A stretch of 64,000 bases of DNA from the human T2T-CHM13v2.0 reference genome, Homo sapiens: assembly GCF_009914755.1 (NCBI RefSeq), contig NC_060943.1. One strand, written 5' to 3'. The position numbers were made by a program, and so were the translations under genes. The notes beneath the pieces were generated by a model, which saw only the letters and a list, made by a program, of their open reading frames with translations, did no database searches and was not told the DNA's origin. How positions within the stretch are numbered: position 1 is the stretch's first letter; every line of letters starts with the position of its first letter. Below are positions 12,998-26,260 of this stretch, one piece after another.

Positions 12998-13930
12998 GCA
13001 CAGCCACAGACACAAGTGTGCCACGCCCACACACACCCGCACATGCATCTCAGCACACGGCCACAGACACGAGGGTGTCACACCCACACACCCGCACACA
13101 CATCTCAGCACACGGCCACAGACACGAGTGTGCCACGCCCACACACACCTGTACAGGCATCCCAGTGCACAGCCACAGACACGAGTGTGTCACACCCACA
13201 CACGCATCTCAGCGCACGGCCACAGACACGAGTGTGCCATGTCCACACCCAAACACGGATCTCAGCACACGGCCACAGACACGAGTGTGCCACACACCCA
13301 CGCACCCACACACGCATCTCAGCGCACGGCCACAGACAAGAGTGTGCCACACACCCACGCACCCGCACACGCATCTCAGCAGACAGCCACAGACACGAGT
13401 GTGCCACGCCCACACACACCTGTACAGGCATCCCAGTGCACAGCCACAGACACGAGTGTGTCACACCCACACACGCATCTCAGCACGCGGCCACAGACAC
13501 GAGTGTGCCACACCCACACACACCTGTACAGGCATCCCAGTGCACAGCCACAGACACGAGTGTGTCACACCCACACACGCATCTCAGCACACGGCCACAG
13601 ACACGAGTGTGCCACACACCCACGCACCCGCACACGCATCTCGGCACACGGCCACAGACATGAGTGTGCCATGCCCACACACACCTGCACAGACATCCAC
13701 ACCTGCACCCACACATGAACCGACACACGCACCCCACCCACAAATGCACATAGACCCCAATGGCACCTGTGCCTGCACGGGCACCCCACCTGCACCTGCA
13801 CACACACCCACCTGCATAGGCACAACCCCCCCACCCCCACGCGCACCCCACCTGCACCTGCACACACACCCACCTGCATAGGCACACCCTGCCCCACCCC
13901 CACATGCACCTGCACACACACTCACACCTG
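12998..13930. repeat. CA-rich VNTR (50-60-bp units) followed by CA-rich low complexity
   Basis: About 13 copies of GCCACAGACAC(G)AGTGTG with two alternating unit types. Confidence 0.9.
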
Positions 13931-14101
13931 CCACCACACAATGGGGAAGGTGGCCCATGCCAGCGTCAATATCTAGTTGGTAACATTGTTCTCTCATTGT
14001 ACAAGACCTTACCACTGAGGGAAACACGTGGGGGGAATCTCTTTATATCACTTCTTACCATAATTGTATCACTTCTTACCATAGCCACAAATCTGCAATT
14101 A

Positions 14102-14549
<448 letters not shown>

Positions 14550-14915
14550 TCATGCAGGAAAAGGCCAGCCTGGCAAACCACAGGCACGCGGGTGGCACCC
14601 GGCCACACGGGCGGCAGTTCTGACCCTCATCCCCCGTGCAGCCCAAAAGCCAATCATGGGGGAGGCCCCAGGCTTGGGCCCAGACCCAGTCCTCCCTCCC
14701 CGGGCTCGCTGCCTGCTCAGAGCCCAGCCCACCCGTGAAAGGACCAGGGCACCACTGGCCCAGGCTGCGTCCAGGGAGCACGGACCCCGGGTGGACCCCC
14801 CCTTACCACAAGGCGCAGGGCCAGGTCTCCCAAGGGCACCTCGACTGGTGCACAATGACCAACATGCCGGACACCTGCACCCCAGGGGCCCCGAAAGTGG
14901 TGTGTGTGCGTCACA

Positions 14916-15072
14916 CTCACATGCCAATGCCTGCTTCTCAGGAACCCTGAGAGTGACGTGTGACTGACACGCCAATGCCTGCGTCTCAGGATCCCTGGAG
15001 AGCCACGTGTGCGTCACGCTGACCGACACACTGATGCCTGCATCTCAGGATCCCAGAGCGCCACGTGTGCGT
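14916..15072. repeat. About 50-58-bp degenerate tandem repeat, 3 copies
   Basis: ATGCCTGC.TCTCAGGA.CCC...ACGTGTG repeated. Confidence 0.7.
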
Positions 15073-15364
15073 GTTTCCTCCCCCAGGGCCAGCTGGGTCC
15101 CCCACCCCTTGCCAAGCTGCCAGTCCATGAATGAAGAAGCTGTGGAACCGTCCATCTTCCCTCCGCCCTCCACACCCACCTGCCCACAAGTCCAGGGGTG
15201 TCCACCTAAACCGCAGCCCAGCCCGATGGGGCCGCACTTCTGCTCCAGCTCGGCAGCAGCTTAAAGACCTCAGGATGAAGACCCACAGCCCCTGGGGCCC
15301 CAGACCCCGCCTCTCCTCCAGAGGGTGCCACCCTCCCTCTCTATCCTCAGAAATGCTGTTGGGA

Positions 15365-16228
<864 letters not shown>

Positions 16229-16589
16229 TCATCTGACACACAGAGAAACGGAGACCAGGAACCTGACGCTGGTTTCCCTAGCCCATGTGAGGACCCTGTA
16301 GACCAGCTACATGCACACCCAGTCCAGCCGCCGGACAGCGTTCAGTGGGAAGAGAGCAGACCATCGTCCACCCACATTCCAGACTCCAACTGGCAGAGGG
16401 GAGGGGACGTTGGGGCTGCAGGGCCACCAATGTGGACGGGACAGAGCCCCAGGGACAGCCTGTGCTGGGGACGTATGGGGGCAGGATCAGACCCCACAGT
16501 GCCTGCGGGCCACAAGGCCAAGACAGGATCTGGTAAGTGACGATTTGGAGGCTGGTCCTGAGGTGCAAGAGGGAGTGCCAGGGACAGAG

Positions 16590-16987
16590 AGGGCACCGGG
16601 GTGACTACAGTCCCTCCAGACTCACATCTACCCGCACCTGTGGGTGGGGCCTTATTTGCATACAGGGTCTTTGCACACGTGGTTGGTTACAATGAGGATG
16701 CTGGAGGGGGTGGTCTGTGTCCCTGTTAACAACTCATGTCCTTAAGAGAAAAGAGGAACGTGGACACCCACACATCGGGAGACGGCCGCATGGAGACGGA
16801 GCAGAGGCTGGAGTGACGCGGCCGCAGACCAAGGGCGCCTGGAGCCCCGGAAGCTGGGAGGGGCAGGAAGGGTCCTCCCCTGGAGCTACTCCTTGACCTC
16901 AGCTTCCTGTGGCCTCCAGGACAGGGACAGGCTGCTCTAAGCCACCCAGTTTGCAGCACTGCTGCGGCCGCCACGAGAAGCTCGTCC
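16590..16987 (+). mobile_element. MaLR LTR (MLT1B/C-like)
   Basis: CCTTATTTG...AGGGTCTTTGCA...GTCCTTAAGAGAAAAGAG...GGAAGCTGG...CTAAGCCACCCAGTTTG motifs. Confidence 0.75.
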
Positions 16988-17829
16988 AGGGAGGAGGCTG
17001 CTCCAGCCCTGAGCCCCACGCGACTCCCGTGAGCACGAGGACTCGGGTGCCCTGGGGTGAGGCGGCACGAGGCTGTCTGTGGATTTCCACAGCATCCCAG
17101 GAGGCGTCTGGACCGCAGTGGCTCCAGGCTGCCAACCACGGGCAGAGGCCACCGCTCCCGAGCTTGGACCCTGCCACGCGCAGGCACAGGCCAGGCGGCG
17201 CCGGGGAAGCCTGGGGGCCCCAGACCGGCCCAGCACCGCCTGACATTTCTCAAGCATGCTGGGGGACGGCCCCTCAATTTAGGATGAGGACGAGGTGGGC
17301 CCGGCAGGAGGGCAGGAGCCGGGGTCCAGGGCGAGCAAGTTCTCCCCGCCCCACGAGGAACGGCAGTGGCCCCGGTTGCCTGGAGGTGGAAGGGGCACTG
17401 CAGCCTCACCGCCCCATACCCCAGGAGCCCACGTGCTTCTCTCACAGGGAAAGGTGTACTGGCCAGACTCAGCGCCCTGAGGACGGGGTCGGAACCCAGC
17501 GCCCAGGAAGCTCCCCTCCCCCCGACCAAGGACCTCCCTCCAGGTGGGTCCTCTGGAAACTCAGGCCCGCGGCCATCACGGCCCCTCTCCTGGGAGGGCT
17601 CAAGGGTGTTGGCCGTGGGGGCTTCACACTGCACCCCGATTTCGAGGGAAGCCCCTGCCCATGGCTTCCGGGGCCTTCCGGAGGGGCCAAGGGGCTGGTG
17701 CCATGGGAGGGAAAGTTCCCAAGCTCGGAGATGGCCAGGAGCAGGAACAGCTTGAGCGGGTGGCCGAACTGACAGCTTCTCTTGCCAAACCTCCTGTCCT
17801 GCTCCAGCACAAAGCCTCCCCCGTGCACA

Positions 17830-19333
17830 GGAACAGGTGCTAGGACACTGTGGGGACGTCCCAGATGCCAGGGGCAGTGGAGACAGGAGGAGGAGGAGGA
17901 GGAGGAGGAGGAGGAACAGGAGGAGGAGGAGGAGGAGGAGGAGGAGAAACAGGTGCTAGGACACTGTGGGGACGTCCCAGATGCCAGGGGCAGTGGAGAC
18001 AGGAGGAGGAGGAGGAGGAACAGGAGGAGGAGGAGGAGGAGGAGGAGGAACAGGTGCTAGGACACTGTGGGGTGTCCCAGATGCCAGGGGCAGTGGAGAC
18101 AGGAGGAGGAGGAGGAGGAACAGGAGGAGGAGGAGGAGGAGGAACAGGAGGAGGAGGAGGAGGAACAGGAGGAGGAGGAGGAGGAGGAGGAAGAACAGGA
18201 GGAGGAGGAGGAGGAACAGGAAGAGGAGGAGGAGGAGGAACAGGTGCTAGGACACTGTGGGGACATCCCAGATGCCAGGGGCAGTGGAGACAGGAGGAGG
18301 AGGAGGAGGAGCAGGAGGAGGAGGAGGAGCAGGAGGAGGAGGAGGAGGAGAAACAGGTGCTAGGACACTGTGGGGACGTCCCAGATGCCGGGGCAGTGGA
18401 GACAGGAGGAGGAGGAGGAACAGGAGGAGGAGGAGGAGGAACAGGAGGAGGAGGAAGAACAGGAGGAGGAGGAGGAAGAGGAAGAACAGGAGGACGAGGA
18501 GGAGGAGGAACAGGAGGAGGAGGAGGAGGAACAGGAGGAGGAGGAGGAACAGGAGGAGGAGGAGGAACAGGAGGAGGAGGAGGAACAGGAGGAGGAGGAG
18601 GAACAGGAGGAGGAGGAGGAACAGGAGGAGGAGGAGGAGGAACAGGAGGAGGAGGAGGAACAGGAGGAGGAGGAGGAACAGGTGCTAGGACACTGTGGGG
18701 ACGTCCCAGATGCCAGGGGCAGTGGAGACAGGAGGAGGAGGAGGAAGAGGAGGAGAAGGAGGAGGAGGAACAGGAGGAGGAGGAGGAGGAACAGGAGGAG
18801 GAGGAGGAACAGGAGGAGGAGGAGGAGGAGGAGGAACAGGTGCTAAGACACTGTGGGGACGTCCCAGATGCCAGGGGCAGTGGAGACAGCAGGAGGAGGA
18901 GGAAGAGGAGGAGAAGGAGGAGGAGGAACAGGAGGAGGAGGAGGAGGAACAGGAGGAGGAGGAGGAATAGGAGGAGGAGGAGGAGGAGGAACAGGAGGAG
19001 GAGGAGGAGGAGGAACAGGAGGAGGAGGAGGAACAGGAGGAGGAGGAGGAGGAACAGGAGGAGGAGGAGGAGGAGGAACAGGAGGAGGAGGAGGAGGAAC
19101 AGCAGGAGGAGGAGGCACAGGAGGAGGAGGAGGAAGCACAGGAGGAGGAGGAGGAACAGGAGGAGGAGGAGGAACAGGAGGAGGAGGAGGAACAGGAGGA
19201 GGAGGAGGAACAGGAGGAGGAGGAGGAGGAGGCACAGGAGGAGGAGGAGGAGGCACAGGAGGAGGAGGAGGAGGAACAGGAGGAGGAGGAGGAACAGGAG
19301 GAGGAGGAGGAGGAGGCAGCGGCGGCACTGTGG
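17830..19333. repeat. Compound VNTR: 7 copies of an about 53-bp cassette separated by (GGA)n/GGAACA tracts
   Basis: CAGGTGCTAGGACACTGTGGGGACGTCCCAGATGCCAGGGGCAGTGGAGACAG at 17834, 17950, 18051, 18241, 18354, 18679 and 18837. Confidence 0.95.
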
Positions 19334-19896
19334 GTCTTCCACAGGGTGTGCCCGGAGGAGGTCAAGACTCCACTGCCCTGAAGCAAACAAGGCGTCCAGC
19401 CCGAGCCAGGGTCACACGCCCAACAGGTAGGATCCAGCAACCCCTGCGCAGCAGCCCCCGCCATGCGAGGGAGGACCCGGAGTTGAGCGTGGCCCTGCCT
19501 GACATCTGACCCCGCCGTCAGGAGCTCCACCAGGTCAGGGCTGCTCAGCTGACCCCACAGCCCCACCAGGCATGGTCAGCACGGTGCCGAATGCAGGCCT
19601 GGAAAGGGAATAAAGGAGGCCCTGGGGAGGGGCCTTGGTGCTTCATCCCAAGCCAACCCCGAAAGTGGAAGCCACAGGGCCAGGGGGACGTCGTGGCTGA
19701 GATGCGAGCAGGGTGCCGGGCACCCCCAAGGCAGCACTGCTGTCCCTGAGAACAGAAGGAAGTCCAGGCCCAGAGTCAGAGCCAAGTGGAGTAGTGGTGG
19801 TTGCTGGCACTCAGTCCCGTACCCTTGGACAGAGCAAGAGTCCCAAGCCAGGAATGTGAGGCCGATGCCTTTTAGGAAGAAACCACATCTGGGGAA

Positions 19897-21090
19897 CCAG
19901 ACCCCAGATCCCAGAACCCAGACCTCAGATCCCAGATCCCAGATCTCAGACCCCAGATCCCAGACTTCAGATCCCTAGATCCCAGACCCCAGACCCCAGT
20001 ACCCAGACCCCAGATCTCAGACCCCAGACCCCAGATCTCAGACCCCAGATCTCAGACTCCAGACCCCAGATCTCAGACCCCAGACCCCAGATCTCAGACC
20101 CCAGATCCCAGACCCCAGACCCCAGATCCCAGACCCCAGATCTCAGACCCCCAGACCCCAGATCCCAGATCTCAGACCCCAGATCCCAGACCCCAGACCC
20201 CAGATCCCAGACCCCAGATCTCAGACCCCCAGACCCCAGATCCCAGATCTCAGACCCCAAACCCCAGATCCTAGATCTCAGACCCCAGATCCCAGATCCC
20301 AGACCGCAAGATCCCAGACCCCAGATCCTAGATCCCAGACCTCAGACCCCAGATCTCAGACCCCAGATCCCAGACCCCAAGATCCCAGACCCCAGATCCT
20401 AGACCCCAGACCTCAGACCCCAGATCTCAGACCCCAGATCCCAGACCCCAGATCTCAGACCCCAGATCCCAGACCCCAGATCCTAGATCTCAGACCCCAG
20501 ATCTCAGACCCCAGACCCCAGATCCCAGACCCCAAGATCCCAGACCCCAGATCCTAGATCCCAGACCTCAGACCCCAGATCTCAGACCCCAGATCTCAGA
20601 CCCCAGATCCCAGATCCCAAAACCCAGACCCCAGACCTCAGACCTCAGACCCCCAGACCCCAGATCCCAGACCCCAGACCTCAGACCCCAGATCCCAGAC
20701 CCCAGATCACCAGATCTCAGACCCCAGACCCCAGATCCCAGACTTCAGATACCTAGACCTCAGACCCCAGACCCCAGATCCCAGACCCCAAACCTCAGAC
20801 CCCAGATCCCAGACCCCAGATCACCAGATCTCAGACCCCAGACCCCAGATCCCAGACCCCAGATCCCAGACCCCAGACCCCCAGATCTCAGATCCCAGAC
20901 CCTAGATCCCAAACCCCAGATCTCAGACCCCAGATCCCAGACTTCAGATCCCCAGACCCCAGATCCCAGACTTCAGATCCCCAGACCCCAGATCCCAGAC
21001 TTCAGATCCCCGGATCCCCAGATCCCAGACCCGAGATTCCAGACCCCAGATCCCAGACTTCAGATCCCCAGATCCCAGACCCCAGCCCAG
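19897..21090. repeat. 7-bp satellite-like array (CCCCAGA/TCCCAGA/TCTCAGA)n, about 1.2 kb
   Basis: About 165 heptamer variants with higher-order repeats. Confidence 0.95.
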
Positions 21091-21345
21091 AGGGAGGCCC
21101 GGTGAGGGAGTGGAAAGGAGATTCCACGACACAAATGCTTATGCGGAAACAGCCTCCAGGCCGGGCTGCGGGGCTCCAAAGCAGGGTCCCCATGCTCCGA
21201 GCGGGCCTCACTGCTACCTGGCGGTTAAAGGCCTGTCCGCCTGGACAGGGTGGTGCGGCTTTCTGTGGCAGCCAAGCAGCTTCCACGCGGCTTCTGCTGC
21301 TGTGAGGAGCCCGCTCGGGTCTTGTGTTTATTTTCAGTCTTTTGG

Positions 21346-21447
21346 GGCCAGTGCGGTGGCCCGTGGCTGTAATCCCAGTGCTGGGAGGACTGCGTGAGCC
21401 CAGGAGGTGGAGACCAGCCTGGGCAACAGAGCGAGACCGCAACTGCA

Positions 21448-21478
<31 letters not shown>

Positions 21479-21480
21479 GC
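21346..21480 (+). mobile_element. Internally deleted Alu/FLAM-like monomer followed by (CA)n
   Basis: GGCCAGTGCGGTGGC...CTGTAATCCCAG...CAGCCTGGGCAACAGAGCGAGACC. Confidence 0.7.
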
Positions 21481-24400
21481 TAAAAGCCACACACGCTAAA
21501 AACCTTTTAACATGCTGAGCTTGAGCCTGTGGTCCCCTCTAACCTACACGTCTTTTTCTCCTGAGCAGACGTTAAGCTAAATCCCCACTCACTCCAGACT
21601 TCCGGTCCTTTGAAATGGAGGTGCCCTTGTGTGTCTTCAATCCATGTGGAGGGTAGTCTGGCCCATCCCACACCTGCTACTGTCACTGCCTCACATCAGC
21701 GGCCTCAGGCCACAAGGTCTCCCCACCTGGCTCCTTGGGGAGTGCCAAGCGTTGCCAGCAGCCGGGCTATGCTGATCCCAGACAAGTGGCTCGACCGGTC
21801 ACCACTGTCCTTGAGCTTAAGTCCAGCCTTGGTGACAAAAATGTCACAAGGACCTGCATCCGAGCCCTGAGGGCATCAGGTCCTGGAGGAGGAGGAAGAG
21901 TCCCTTCTGGCTTCGGGCTGGGCTTGAGGACGGCAGCTCCAAGACCGCTTAGAGCGAGACTTCAGCGCTGACTGCTGGAGCTACGCACCCTGTCCTGACA
22001 ATGGCCGCACAGTTAGGCGCTGCTCCACGCCTGGAGGAGGGAACTGAGGGCCCGAAATCACAGAAGCAGGAACTCCAGGTTCGCCAGTGCGGCCTGATCC
22101 ACCTTCCCTCAAACGTAGCTGCTGACAACGACACCCACGCGCCCTCTCTGGGCCCAGCAGGTCAGAGGTCCAGGTGGGCTGGCTGCTCCACGGCCACGGC
22201 TCCAAGGCCAAGGTCAAGGCACTGCTGTCCTGGGCCCTGGTCTGGGTTCTCCGGGAGAGTCCGCGCCTGAGCTCGGCCGGGGGCGGGATTCTGCTCCCTG
22301 TGGCCACTGGGCTGAGGCCCCACTTCCCTGCTTTCGGGGAGCCACGTCCCCCATCACGCCATCCCTCCCTCCTAAAAGCCAGCAGGGCAAGGTCCCTCTT
22401 AGGCTTCTGACCTGACCTCCCCTCCTCCAGCTGGAGAAGGGTCCCACGCATGAGGACATTTGTGACGATGCCGGGACCCGAGGAATCCAGGACGACCCCT
22501 CTGCAGAGCCCCTGTGCCCCGGGAGGCACCACACCCACGGCTCCAGGGGGTGGGGGGGACGGTGGCTTCTCTGGGGCTGACCCAGACCTGCAGTACACAG
22601 CGCCAGGCCATGAGGTCTCAGCCTGCGGTCAGGCCGCGTGCACGGAAACCCAGGCTCCTGAACGGCCAGCCAGGAGCAAAGCCGGCCACTGAGTACGGGA
22701 GCAGGCTCCGGGGACACGCTCCCACTCCTTTTAGGGGCCCAGAGGCTGTGGATGAGGAGCTCGAGTATCCCCCTCTCAGTGTAACCTCCCCACCCCTCCC
22801 ACATCCTCCAAGTGGGGCAGGAGCCGCCTCACCAGAGCTGGGGGAGGGGGCCACACAGGTGCACCCCTGGGGAGGGGCAGCGGAGACTTGTGGGCAGGAA
22901 TGTGGCCAGGGTTTCTAGATCATCTGGTTTTTCAAGAGAAGCCACAAGTCTGCGTTTGAGGGTGGCAGCCCCTGGTGTTCCAAAGTCGGCAAGCAATTCA
23001 AGCATCCACACCCCCACCCCGGGGCAGCGTTGGGTGCCCAGACCTCAGGGCCACCCCGAGAGCTCCTGCATCCACCTGGGGGCTCGCAGCTCCCCCAAGC
23101 TCCTGGCGGGTAGCAGTCATTCCAGGATCTGATAAAAGCCCCCGAAAATGCCCCGGTCAGCCCAGCCACACCCGGGCAACACCGACAGCCATTCTCCACC
23201 AGGGCCCCAGCGCCCAGCTGAGTGAGACCCACCCGGTAGCTTCCGGGGCTGGGCCCCTGCCCCACCAGTGAAAACATTCTGGTCACAGTGATGCCGCCCT
23301 GAGAAGCTCCTCACCGTCCCCCGTGGCCTTGGAACCCCCCTCACACCCATGGGTTCCAGGCACCCTGGCGGCTGTCTGTCCCCACGAAGCCTGGCCCTCT
23401 CACAGCGTAGGGAGGCTGCGGTCACCAGCGTGGGTCCCGCGACCCATTCCACCCGGCCCCTGGGCACCGGAAGCCAGGCGGCGAGCGCAGCAGACCCCAG
23501 AGGCAGCTTTCCTCAGTTTACCTGACATGCAAAGGAAGACGCCTCCTCACTCCAGGCTGGACGGGCAGCCGACGGCGGTCCGGGGCCATGGCGGGCAGGG
23601 ACTTTCTCCGTGACCCTCCCTGGCTGCCCCTCCCCAGCAAGTGAGTCAGTTCCAGAAACGTTTACTGCCCGCCAGGCCCGAAGGCTCACCGGCTCCCCCT
23701 CCCCACGCCCCAGCACCCAGGGCCTTGGCCCCAGGAGCCCACAGCGGCAGAGACTCCCAGGAAACGCGAGTGAGCCGCCTTCCGGAACCTGGCGCACATC
23801 ACTTTCAAAACGCAGCGGGGCCTGGAACCAAGGCCAAGGCCGCCTCTTTCGGTTTCACTTGGACGCTTGTTCTTGCTGGGGATGGAGGTCAATCACAAGG
23901 CTCCGGGAAGCACGGGCACGAGTCACAAAGCAGGTCACTGAGACAGCGGCACCAGGCCCGCCAGTCCGATCTGCTGACCCCAGCCAGGGCCCAGCACTCC
24001 CATGCCCTGCACTGCACGAGGCTGCCCGGGACAGTGCCTGCAGGGGAGATGACTCGGCAATGACTCTCTGGGCCCCTCCTCCCACCCCATCACTCATGGG
24101 GTTGTCCAGGGCAAGAGGCCCAGGGGAATCCGCAGGAGAGCCAGGGCACAGGGCACGAGTGCGGCCCCAGGCTGAGGCCTCCGTGGGACTGAGCTTCAGG
24201 GCCACGCTGCCATGCTGAGCTCTCACGGGGCCTCCGCCTGGACCACCAGGCACCCTCAGGCTGACTGGCCCCTGTGTGCCACCCATGTGGCCCAAGGCCT
24301 GTCCCCCTCATGCCAAGAGCCCCGTAGGGCCCCTTCGAGTAGAATGCAGCATTCCCTGCCCCTCCGAAGCAGTGAGTGGTTCAGGGGCAGAGCTGGGCCT

Positions 24401-24589
24401 GGGCGAGGGGCCCCCGGGGGGTGGGGTGATGCCATCACTGTTGCCGTCCTACGGGTTGAGACAGGACAGCTGCCCATCACCCCTTGATGCAAGCTGGCTG
24501 CAGGGCTGCCTGACCAGTTCCCGGGGACACCGTGCTCAACCCTGTGGTGACAACTGGGGATTCCGAAGGACAGGGAGGTCTTACTTTCT

Positions 24590-24960
24590 GTTAAACACTT
24601 TTATTTTCCCTGAGATACAATCCACACCAGGAGGGGCACCTGTCCGGAGCATATGACTCAACGGTTTCAACGTATTCTAAGGCAGACCACCACAGCTTCT
24701 AATTCCAAAACATTCCGCTCCCCCAAAACACAGCCGTGTCCCCAACAGCAGTCACTCCCCCGCCTCTACAGCCCCTGCAACCACACGCCCACTTCTCTTC
24801 TGTGGACTGGCCTGCTCTGGACACGTGACCACACGTCTACCCCCCATCTGTGGACTGCCCTGCTCTGCACACGTCACATGAACGGAGTCACGTGCCGTGG
24901 CCTTTTGCGTCTGGCGTCTCTCCGCAAGCACGTCTCCGCAGAGCATCCATGCCGGGCGCA
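24590..24960 (-). mobile_element. Old L1 (L1MB-like) 3' end fragment, GC-shifted
   Basis: CTTTTATT..GAGATACAATCCACA...TAATTCCAAAACATT...CAGCAGTCACTCCCC...TGTGGACTGGCCTGCTCTGGACA pattern. Confidence 0.65.
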
Positions 24961-25439
24961 CAGACGACAGATCTAATCTCCGCCTCCTCACGGGGCCCAG
25001 GAGGCCCAGGGCGAGAGCTGATGGGGCCCACGCATCCGAAATCCCCGTCTTGGCCAGAACCCCAGGTTTGCCTTCGCCCGCAGGGCTGAGCCCTCTCCTG
25101 AGTCCTGGGCCCTGTGACGGGTGACCACACCTCCCAGCAGGGAGGCAAGGTGACCACGGGGCTGGCAGTCTGCTCTTCGTCCCAGCCCGAGGGTGCAGGT
25201 GCCGGCCAACCTCCCGGGGGTTGGGGGCGAGAGTGCAGAGGCGAGGGGCAAGGCTGAGAGTCCACCCACACTGCCGGGCGGACAGCGGGCAGGCCAGGAC
25301 GAGAACCAGGTTGGGGTGACCTCGCTTTTAGGCTTCAACCCGGCAGCTGGACACACCCAGCCCTCCCCGTGTGCTGTCTGACCACACAGCCCTCGGCTGT
25401 GGAAAAAGTGACTGGAGGTATTCCAGGCCTGCCCGCAAC

Positions 25440-26260
25440 AAATCACACACACATGCACACAGGGACAGGCCACACACGTGCACACAACACACGCACACAT
25501 ACAAAACACACGTGCACAAGACATGCACAAGCAGGGGTGCATGAGAACACGCAGCACGCACACAACACACACAACGGACACGTGCATAACGGACACAGGT
25601 GCACAGGCAACATGCGGGCACACACAACATGCACACAAAGTACACGTTTGCATGAGCACGGGTGCAAAGGTCATACACATGCACCCACAACACAAACACA
25701 CACAAAATACATGTGTGAGCAACACACGCAAGCATGGGCACATGGGCACAGGCAACACACACATAACATGAGCACACACACAAAATACACACAACCACCA
25801 AAATACACACACACAACATACGAGGACAGGCACACAGGCACGGGCAACACACAAAATACAGACACACATAACCGACTCATGAACATGGGTACACACAGGC
25901 ACACACACAACACAAACACGGGTGCACAGGCACACACAACACACAAACACGGATGCACAGACACGCACACAATGTGCACCCATAAAACACACGCGTATGA
26001 AACACACGAGCAACACACACATGCACAGGAGCACACAGCCACAGGCACGCACATTCACACACACACAACGCACCCACATCCGTACAACACACACACAGAA
26101 CGCGCACACGTCCGTACGACGCACACACAGAATGCACGTGCGTACGTACAATGCACACAAAGAATACACACATCCATACAACACACAGGCACACAACACA
26201 CATGTGCATGCACATGGCGCAACATACAGATACACAAAGACACGTGTACACACACATGCA
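25440..26260. repeat. Degenerate (CA)n low-complexity tract
   Basis: About 800 bp of CA/CACG/CATG-rich sequence. Confidence 0.9.

Noticed and set aside
17830-19333. CRISPR-like repeat-spacer array
   Set aside because: Human intron; the spacers are simple GGA repeats of very variable length; no cas genes or leader.
17840-19566. Long poly-E/G/R and poly-P/S/L ORFs (up to 526 aa)
   Set aside because: Stop-free by repeat composition in nearly all frames; no splice or promoter support.
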